A stretch of DNA of 61,249 nucleotides, from the NCBI RefSeq assembly GCF_001194135.2, contig NC_068986.1, forward strand, positions 39,305,510-39,366,758. The letters are read 5' to 3'. This document shows, in pieces, positions 51,891-61,249 of this stretch. Each line of letters begins with the position of its first letter. Position 1 is the first letter of the stretch. The stretch comes from Octopus bimaculoides. Lineage: Eukaryota. Both the position numbers and the translations under genes were made by a program. The notes below the pieces were generated by a model, which searched no databases, was not told where the DNA came from, and saw only the letters and a list, made by a program, of their open reading frames with translations.

Positions 51891-52253
51891 TGAAAAGACT
51901 TTTGTTATAATGTCATCAATGAACTGCATGTGTATGATATATGACAATGACAAAATATAGTATGTGCAGTAAAGAATGCAGACATGCTACATGTTGTACT
52001 TATTATTAATAAGGAGAGAAGATCTATTCTGTTTCCATGCAGCATTTCATATGGATAAGAGTCCCACCCTTTAATCAGATGATTGCTAAATATGGCTGAG
52101 CTTGTAGATATGTCCAATGTCAAAGGATTATATGCCATTGGCTAAGGACAAGATGCTGTTGGTGATGAAGATGTTAAATTACAGTATATAGTTAATTACA
52201 GAGGCAATGTGATGATAAAGGTAACAGTAGCGACAAAGAAAACTCATACTTAC

Positions 52254-52294
52254 TAGGATCTGACTTGGAAAATACATCAGCATCAATCAGTTTT
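52254..52294 (-). CDS. CPNE: Copine (CPNE family) internal coding exon, 41 nt, start of C2A domain: (R)KLIDADVFSKSDP(M)
   Basis: Minus strand reads tatttctctatttcag|AAAACTGATTGATGCTGATGTATTTTCCAAGTCAGATCCTA|gtaagt. The LxDxDxFSKSDP motif is the copine C2A Ca2+-binding loop 1. It splices in frame to the next exon. Confidence 0.95.
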
Positions 52295-52313
52295 CTGAAA
52301 TAGAGAAATAATA

Positions 52314-52347
<34 letters not shown>

Positions 52348-52358
52348 GGAAAGAGAGA

Positions 52359-52389
<31 letters not shown>

Positions 52390-52827
52390 TATAAAAGTGG
52401 AAAATAAATCTAAAAAAATTACTTGAAATTCAAATTTCATTAAAATTATCACATTTAATTAATTGATAGGGATATAAAAGATGATGGAAAGGCATAACAA
52501 CCTAATGAACAAAATAATGAAGCTGAAAATTTCCACGTTGAATACTGGTATAATATCCCAACAAATATTTCCTCATTTAAGAGCATTCGTTAGAACTGCC
52601 AAAATAGTTTAACAGAAGAATGACTTTGGTAATTAGACATCCCAATCTAAGAAGATAGGGTTTTTCAAGTTCACACCTTCAGCCTGTATTTCAAATGGTT
52701 ATTGCATAATAACCATTCTAAGTGTAAATCTTATTGAAAATTCATTAACCCTTTCGAATCTGTTGCAGCTGCCAGTTCTCTTAATAGCTTCAACTTAATT
52801 ATTCTGATTGAAAATTCTGTTCTAAAG

Positions 52828-52933
<106 letters not shown>

Positions 52934-53589
52934 TAAGCATTTCATATATACACATACATACACAAATATATACATAGAGAGCAAGAGAGAGAGGGAGAGA
53001 AAAAGAGAAAGATTGATATACAACACACATGCCCATCTCATTACACACACATACATACACACATATATTTATTTATTCAATGGTTGTGTATGAGATTGTT
53101 AACATGATGATGATGATGATGATATATATGTATAACTTATATAGTACCTTTATAAACAGGGCTAATTTAGCTTTTTCTCTGTGGATTGAAATAATGATGA
53201 ACAACTTTAATTGATTTTTGAATATCATTGGATTCTCAGAAGAGGTGTCTACATCAATTTGACCAATTCCAGAGAAACAATCAACCAGTCTGTTTATATA
53301 CTGAAGAATTATAGTAGCTACAGAAAACTGGGGATATTAATTTACATACCATGTAAACAGTCTGTTTTAAATATCAGGGGCCTGTCAATGCAGATCTCAG
53401 TTCACACAATATTAAGGTATATGTGTGTATGTATGTATGTATGTGTGTATGTATGTATGTGTGTATGTATGTAGTTTGTGCATACATAAATATATGTGTG
53501 TTTGTGTGTGTGTTATTTATGTATGTGTGAGTGAGTGTGCGTACATGTATGTATGTATATATGTATAAAAAAGAACACAAATGAGGTTT

Positions 53590-53715
53590 AAACCTGGCAT
53601 ATATTCTATCAGTCTCTTTTACTGAACTGTTAAGTTACAGTGATGTAAACATACCAACATTTGTTGTCAACTGGAGGGGGGGCACAGATACAGATACGAC
53701 ACACAAGCGCGCGCG

Positions 53716-53765
<50 letters not shown>

Positions 53766-53952
53766 TACACACACACACACATACATGGCAGGCTTCTTTC
53801 AGTTTTTGTCTACCAAATCCATCCACAAAGCTTTGGTCAGCCCAAGGCTATAGTAGAAGACACTTTCCCAAAGTACCACACAGTGGGACTGTACCCAGAA
53901 CCCAGAACCATGTGGTTGGAAAGTCAGCTTCTTACCACACAGTCATGCCTCT
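53590..53952 (-). mobile_element. SINE family A
   Basis: Family A core with an expanded internal (CA)n. Confidence 0.75.
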
Positions 53953-54433
53953 GCTTATATTATATAAGTTCAGACATGGTTGGGTTGTAAATAGTTTATT
54001 TCCCAACTACATAATTCTGTTTTCAGTCCCACTGGAAGAGCTCCTTAGTATCTCACATAAATGATCTTTAAACAATACATTTAATGTTGCTTTTGATGGT
54101 CACTAACAGTTCAGAGGAGAGATAACTCATGGAATGAGCACTACTGATAAAGAATTAGCAAATAACAACATAGACATATGAAATGCTAAACTTTCTGTGC
54201 CTCCTTGATACCAAAAGGAGTATTCTAAAGATGACATGGTTTGTAACAGGAAGCCTTAAAGAAATGTCTACTTGCCTACAATGGATCTTGGTTAATTTTC
54301 TCTTTGTTTCACATGTCAACTCAATTGATCTATGCTGGAAGCAGGCAATCTGGTTTAATGTGAATTCTTTTGACCATGTCATTAAATCACCCACATAACT
54401 CCACTACATAAGCTGGCACAGAGTCAATTTAAG

Positions 54434-54512
54434 TTCAGTTGGCAATCCAGTTTTCTGATTGGCAATCCTGCTTTTCGATTATGTCAATCAGAAAACTGTG
54501 TTGTCAACTGAA
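54434..54512 (+). ncRNA. Candidate pre-miRNA-like hairpin (79 nt)
   Basis: About 31-bp stem (three G-U pairs, one C/U mismatch on the plus strand) and about 9-nt terminal loop, in otherwise non-repetitive sequence. Confidence 0.35.
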
Positions 54513-55530
54513 GATTTAGCCCAGGGCTGAGCTGGCCCAGAGCTAAATATCACTTACCCAATACAAAGAGACAAAGCTGTTATCACCACTTTTATAGAAA
54601 AGCCAATCTGCCTTCCTAACCAAGTACAGTGATTATTACTACTATGCTCAGTTACTAACGAGCCCCCTCGTTAGAACAGTTCTTTCAAGCATCTCCTAAA
54701 TTTATCTTGTGCACCAAAATTGAATTTTTTTCTATACACATTTAACTAAAACATTCCCACAACATGCAAACACACACACACACACACACACACATATGCA
54801 TATTTACATGAAATAATTCATTCCACAACCACAAAAACTAAGGAATCTCATTCACTAAAAAGATTTTTTTAACTCAATATCTCTATTAACATTTTATCTG
54901 AACATTTCTCACTGAATTGGTAGAAGCCCGATATTTTTTATAAGTGCAATACACACACACACACACACATATATATATACACATATATCAAAAGATATAT
55001 ATGTATGCATATATATACACATACATACATACATACATACATACATACACGCACACACATATATCTTTTGATATGTCAAAGAAAACAACTCTTTTCTTTT
55101 CATCTACAACAATGTATATAATGCAATTGTATACATTTACATATGCCTATGCCATTTTTGCTTACAAGTTTGAGGAGTTCATTAATGATTTTTCAGATGC
55201 CAATTGTAGAAAGAAAGATTTTTTCTTTGTAGGCATTGCAGTGATATGCATATAGCTATAAGTTGGTAAAATTTATTGTACTTATTTTAGATAAACTTTT
55301 TCTTTGACAGATGTACTTTCTCTATTCTTAGATACTTGGATAGGTTTCAGCCAGTATTGGCCCATGACATGACTAACTTAATACTCCCACTAACATCAGG
55401 CTTTCTCTTTTTGGTGCATTTGTACCTCATTGGTACTTTAAACTACTTTTTGGTCCATTTGTACAACACTGAAAGGCTGATATGTCTTCGCAATTTCCTA
55501 TATTTTATATGAATGGTCGAGCATAATAGT

Positions 55531-55956
55531 CTCAACTGTAGGTATAAGGCCTGAAATTTTGGCGGAGGGGAATAGTTGATTACGTCGACCCCAGTGTTCA
55601 ACTCTGAGAGGATGAGAGACAAAGTTGACTCAGTTTAATTTGGACTCAGAATGCGAAGATGGATGGAATACCAGAAAGTATTTTGCATGGCATGCTAATG
55701 ATTCTGTCAGCTCACTGCCTTATAGTCAAGCATAATATTGGTTACAATTTTTGGCACAGGGCCAGCAATTTTAGAGGAGGGGGCTAAGTGAATTAAACTA
55801 ACCCAAGTGCTCAACTGATACTTATTTTACTAACCCCCAAAAGAGGAAAGGCAAAGTCAACCTCAGCAGAATTTGAACTCAGAACATAAAGACGAACAAA
55901 ATGTCACTAAGCATTTTGCCTGGCATGCTAACAAGTCTGCCAGCTCACCACCTTAC
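55531..55956 (-). mobile_element. Two tandem SINE family B copies sharing one triplicated target site
   Basis: gtcgagcataatagt (55516-55530), agtcaagcataatatt (55724-55739) and agtcaagcataatatt (55957-55972). Confidence 0.8.
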
Positions 55957-56707
55957 AGTCAAGCATAATATTAGAGTATATTTTGTTTTGCTTTCTGCAG
56001 AACATTTATTACCAGTCCCCCCCCCCTCTCTCTCTTTCTCTCTCTCCCCACTCTCTCTCTCATATACACACGGATACATGTTTAGATGTTTCAAAGCAAG
56101 CATTTCTTATGATACTTTTCAAACATTGTAGAAAATACCTACCTAGAGAATACAATAAAATGTTCTCAAAAGAAGTACACAATTTTCAAATTAAAATATT
56201 GAACTTTTATGTTAATCTTACAAAGCAAATATTACAACGATTTCTTTTGCATGAAATATTTGATAACTTGAACTTAGTAAAAATTTTCAACTCAGAAATT
56301 GTCATTCATGAAACATCACAGTCTATTACATTATTTGCAATAAAATTTCTGCACATGATATCAGAACTGCATTATGAGTAGATCAATAAGAAGTGGAAAG
56401 ATTTAACATTACAAAAAGCACCATCAATACCAGGGACATAGTTAGAGTTTACACAGCTCAGGGTAACCTTTGAGTGTTCCAATGTCCCCAGGCCTCCAAG
56501 TCTATAACAGCGTATACGGCAGCACAGCAGACTCAAAGATGTTGTTTCCACAAAAGTGTCTGTCACTCAGGACAGACTGCATCTCCTTGCTTTACTAGCT
56601 GCGCTACCAGCCAGTATTAGAAAAATAATCTAGAAAATTTTTGTTATAGTACTTCTCATGAAGAGTGCAGGAATGAACTCCATTACACTCAACAGTTCAA
56701 TTTGTTT

Positions 56708-57808
56708 TAACCCTTTAGCATTCAGATTACTCTCTCAAATGTAATGCTTTTTTATTCAAATTGTTTTGAATTAATCATGCATTATCATATAGCTTTGAAG
56801 TTTTTGATGATGTCACTATTCTTTTATTCTTTTACTTGCTTCAGTCATTTGACTGCAGTCATGCTGGAGCACTGCCTTAAAGAGATCTTTAGTCAACGAA
56901 ATCGACCACAGGTCTTATTTTTTGTAAGCCTAGTACTTATTCTATCGGTCTCTTTTTGCCAAACTGCTAAGTTACAGGGATATAAACACTCTAACATTGG
57001 TTGTCAAGAGATGGTAGAGGGACAAACACAGACACAAAGACACTCACATAAATATATACATACATACACACACATATATATATACTCTTTTTACTCTTTT
57101 ATTTGTTTTAGTCATTTGACTGTGGCCATGCTGGAGCACCGCCTTTAGTCGAGCAAATCGACCCTAGGACTTATTCTTTGTAAGCCTAGTACTTATTCTA
57201 TCGGTCTCTTTTGCCGAACCGCTAAGTTACGGGGATATAAACACACCAGCATTGGTTGTCAAGCGATGTTGGAGGGACAAACACAGACACACAAACATAT
57301 ACACACACATATATATATATATACATATATATATATACATATATACGACGGGCTTCTTTCAGTTTCCCTCTACCAAATCCACTCACAAGGCCTTGGTCGG
57401 CCCAAGGCTATAATAGAAGACACTTGCCCAAGGTGCCACGCAGTGGGACTGAACCCAGAACTATGTGGGATTGGTAAGCAAGTTACTTACCACACAGCCA
57501 CTCCTGCGCCTATATATACACACACATACACATACATACATATGATAAGTTTCTTTCAGTTTCCATCTGCCAAATCCACTCACAAGGCTTTAGTCAGCTC
57601 AAGGCTATAGTAGAAAACAGTGGGACTGAATCCAGAACCATGTGGTTGGAAAGCAAGCTTCTTACCACACAGCCATGCCTGCATCTGACTGTTTACTTTT
57701 AGAATGTCAATGCAGGATAGGTGTGAGAGGCCAGATATGGTCAGTTTGAATGTAAAACATGTAGAATATTTGGGCTGGACATGGCTGGTTTAAATGCTAA
57801 AGGGTTAA
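56708..57808. mobile_element. TTAA MITE split by a stack of three SINE family A copies (56816-57690, minus)
   Basis: The MITE left half ends gatgatgtcact and resumes gactgtttactttt; 57085-57510 is a young full-length family A copy. Confidence 0.75.
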
Positions 57809-58429
57809 TTGATCTGTTTTAATTAACTCATATTCAACCTTAGTGAGTTCAAAGCACTTTAGGCTCACTAAGCCCTCTCATTCATAAAAATCAAAATACA
57901 ATGTAAATCATCAAATTCGCATATCAAAGGCTATTTACTGCATGTAATTGGAATTGACAAGTTGTACATCTTTTAACTTCTGCTGTTGATATTTTCTCTT
58001 CCATATAATATTGAAGTAAACAATTGCTATTCACTGACAAACCTCTAATATCAGTACACTTTTATATACAAAAGGACCAGTAGCAAACAGTGACTGTATT
58101 ATGAGGACCCTGTCTGAAAACCTGTTAAACAAGATGAGATAAATATCATCATACAAATGAAAGTAAAGCAGTCTTAGAATTTGAGGCAAGTTTGATTAAT
58201 TTTTTAGTATTCAACATAGTTTTTTTGATTTGGTACATTTTGGACTAAGCTTTTGATACAATTGCTAAAAACTCTGTGGCAGCTCTGTTACTAATTTATC
58301 AAGTTTTTGTATCAAACACACACACACAAAATTTAACATTGATGTATTTATGTACATTTCTATGTAACACTTATGTAATTATGTTTATGTATAAATGATC
58401 AGTCATTTTGCTTTTAACCTTTATGTGTA

Positions 58430-58760
58430 TAGGTGCAGGCATGACTGTGTGGTTAAGAAGCTCACTTTGTAAAACACTTGGTTCCAGGTTCAGTCTCACT
58501 GCATGACATTTCGGGCAACAGTCTTCTAAAGGAGTCCCAGGTCAACCAAAGCCTTTTGTGAGTGAACACATGAAAACAAGGGAAACAATCACTCACTCAT
58601 ACAAACATTTAAACACTTGCACACAACAGGCTTCTTTGGTTTCTGTCAATCATTTTTACTCACAAGGTATTGCTCTCATACTATGGCTATAGAACAGAAC
58701 GCCAGTTGATAGTATTCACACAGTGGTACCAAACTCTCATTATGGTTCTGAAGTGAACTT
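58430..58760. mobile_element. Two partial SINE family A copies (plus, then minus)
   Basis: Head gtgtggttaagaagctc..ggttcagtc at about 58450 and its reverse complement at about 58760. Confidence 0.6.
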
Positions 58761-59850
58761 CTTAGCCACACGACCATACTTATATATGTGTGTGTGTGTG
58801 TATGGAGAGAGAGAGAGAGAGAGAGTAGACAGGCTTCCATACAGTTTCTAATGAATGAAATTTCATTCACAAAGGCTACACTTGAAGGCTATACTTGAAG
58901 ACACACACACACACGATACACGTACAGGCATGGCTATATAAGCACAGGTGTATGAGTTGAACTATAAATTTGTCCCTTCTAATCTAACATTATTTTCTCC
59001 CCTCCCCCACAAAGCCTGTTTCCCTATCGTCCAATTCTGTTGGGAACAGATTCCACTATCATTATTGCCTGCCCTTTGCTCAACTCAGTTACCCTAATAC
59101 ATGTTCATATCAAGATAAGTTATCTTTGCAACATGCAACCAATGCAGTTGTTATCCTGCTCCTCCCCCATCCCCACCACTACCACCACAGCGTTCTCAAA
59201 TTTAGTTTGTGATGTTGTTTATAGTAAAACACACTACTTTTGAATGTGTCTGCCATCCTGATACAATAAGTTATTAATAGCTAAAAGCAAGACAGAAATA
59301 GCAACTAAGTAATTAATAACTCTATCAGCTGACCACAGATTAACGACAATTGTTACTATAACAACACTTTTTGATCAATATACTCTTTATTAACTGCATT
59401 GACTACCTTAATTATTATAAACAAAATCAAAACAAAAGATGCACCAAAAATCAAAAACAAGATAGGCTACATAAAAAATAAAACAAAATAAGTACACATC
59501 AATGACCCAATGACCATCACACAGTAGCATTTCCATGTCCTATACAATCTCTGCCAAATTTGTATTGAATTACTTGATATCAAAAGGAATGGTAGTAAAA
59601 AAACAGTGTTGATTGAAAGTTGTTCACAACTTATTTTATAATATATCAATGGGTTTGTAGCAAACTGGTAGTGCTAGATACAATATTGATTTCCAAAATT
59701 TCATACAAGGTCACAAACTTGGGAAAAGAGAAATAGTTCCTCTCACCTGTGTTATTATATTTATTTATTTATCTATCAAAAATGTAGGTGCTGCTGAATA
59801 CACCAGAGCATTCAGTGTAAAAAATTTGCTGCTTCTGTCGTACTATGATT

Positions 59851-60744
59851 TACAAGGTGGTAATAGAAAGGTTCCCGGACTAGTTATGTTTAATAAAAAA
59901 ATAACTTATTTACTTAAGTTTTAATATCATCTCCTTCAAAATAGTTACCTCACACTACAATACACTGGTCCTAGCATTCCTGTCACTTTTGGAATCCAGC
60001 CAGGGAGTCATTTTCAGTAAGTGAGTCAAGAACCTTCTGCGATTTGCCCTGGATCTTGACAATGGTGTTAAAACAGCGACCTTTGAGCCGCATTTTCATT
60101 TTGGGGAAGAGATGAAAGTACACAGATGCTAAACCAGGTGAATAGGGTGGGTGCAGAAGCAATACCATGTTGTTTGGTGAGAAACTCATGAGTGAGGAGA
60201 GCTTGGTAACAGGGTGCATTCTCATTGAGAAGAATCCAGTTCTTCACACTCTACAGATCCAGTTACTTTTGCCAAATGTCTTCCCTCAGACACTTCAAAA
60301 CGTCACAGTCAAACTCTCAATTGACAGTTTGGCCCTGGGGAACAAATTGTCAATGCAGGTCTTTTGGCAGATCCTCCAGATTACTCATTGTCTTCCAGGG
60401 ATGTTTTTCCACTTTTGAAGCACCTGGGCCACTCAAAACATTGCATACGACCCATTGCCTTGTTGCTCTAAGCTTGCCAAAGTATGCTCAATATCTCTGT
60501 AGCAGACTTCCCAAGTTTAACACAAAATTTCATGTTGGTTCTTTGTTCCTGTTCATGACAAAATGGCAGACTACGGCATACACATGATCAGAAAAACACA
60601 AATTGCAAAGTAAACACAGAGATATCACTCAGCACACTGCTTCATGAAGGTCACTGCTGGCTCTCACTGTGCATGCAACCAAGTGCTGCCATCTGTTGGT
60701 GCACTACAAAAACTAGTCTGGGAACTTTTTGATACGACCTCGTA
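59851..60744 (-). mobile_element. Tc1/mariner element, internally deleted, same family as 6756-7648
   Basis: TA-flanked TIRs (tacaaggtggtaatagaaaggttcccggactag / ctagtctgggaactttttgatacgacctcgta); peptide HPPYSPGLASVYFHLFPKMKMRLKGRCF. Confidence 0.92.
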
Positions 60745-60751
60745 TTTTGAA

Positions 60752-60970
60752 GGTAGTGAGCTGGCAGAATTGTTAGCATTCTGAGCAAAATGTTTAGCAG
60801 CATTATGTCCAATTTTACATTCTGAGTTCAAATTCCACTGTGGTCGATTTTGTCTTTCATCCTTTCAGGGTTGATAAAATAGATACCAGATAAGTGCTGG
60901 GGGTTGATGTAATCGATTTGTTCTCTCCTCTGAAATTGCTGGCCTTGTGCCGAAAATTTGAAATCAATAT
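60752..60970 (+). mobile_element. SINE family B
   Basis: ggtagtgagctggcagaattgttagc...ctgagttcaaattcc...gaaaatttgaaatcaat. Confidence 0.82.
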
Positions 60971-60985
60971 GATTTGTTATGGATA

Positions 60986-61249
60986 AGAAGGGAGGCTAGG
61001 CGACAGGTTTATTTAGCCAGAGGGGAAGCAGATAGGAAAAGATTTGCCAATGTTCTGCGCCGTGAGGACCAAAGACTCGAGGTATTTCGTGTTGCAAGAC
61101 AGTGTAGGAGAGAGAATAGTGATGTTGTAGGAGAGAAATGTGTTCGCATGGATGATGGTACGCTTGCACTAAATGAGGATGCAAAGAAAGAGGTCTGGAG
61201 ATGCCACTACGATAGATTGCTTAATAAAGAGAATGAATGGGAGGAAGAG
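60986..61249 (+). mobile_element. RTE LINE ORF fragment (endonuclease-RT linker), open frame running off the window end
   Basis: 88 stop-free codons: RREARRQVYLARGEADRKRFANVLRREDQRLEVFRVARQCRRENSDVVGEKCVRMDDGTLALNEDAKKEVWRCHYDRLLNKENEWEEE; DVVGEKC...W..HY.RLLN.EN.W is typical of RTE. Confidence 0.85.

Larger units (their letters stand above)
39561..52253 (-). other. Copine intron (about 12.7 kb) between the 41-nt and 47-nt exons
   Basis: Canonical GT...AG boundaries; phase-compatible flanking exons. Confidence 0.88.

Overview
AT-rich, microsatellite- and SINE-saturated animal genomic DNA with 11 N-gaps. The repeat repertoire resembles Octopus tRNA-derived SINEs and RTE/CR1 LINEs, so a coleoid cephalopod (Octopus) origin is inferred. 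The window is mostly intronic. The only host gene I can support is a minus-strand copine (CPNE family), seen as three small internal coding exons: 52254-52294 (41 nt), 39514-39560 (47 nt) and 24421-24524 (104 nt). They splice in frame to (R)[63 protein letters not shown](I/M), the first C2 domain. The upstream exon and the downstream exons were not found, so they lie outside the window or in gaps. Everything else is transposable-element debris: two internally deleted mariners, RTE, CR1/L2 and R4/Dong-like LINE fragments, hAT and TTAA MITEs, a Helentron-type element and dozens of SINEs. Best leads: (1) a Penelope-like remnant with a type-I hammerhead-ribozyme fold and an inverted copy showing a compensatory change (25305-25748); (2) a unique 79-nt pre-miRNA-like hairpin (54434-54512); (3) two hAT MITEs independently inserted at the same site of a host repeat; (4) a UCAU cluster abutting the acceptor of the 41-nt exon. 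No prokaryotic features, CRISPR arrays, rRNA or true tRNA genes were seen. Repeat boundaries are approximate (read by eye).
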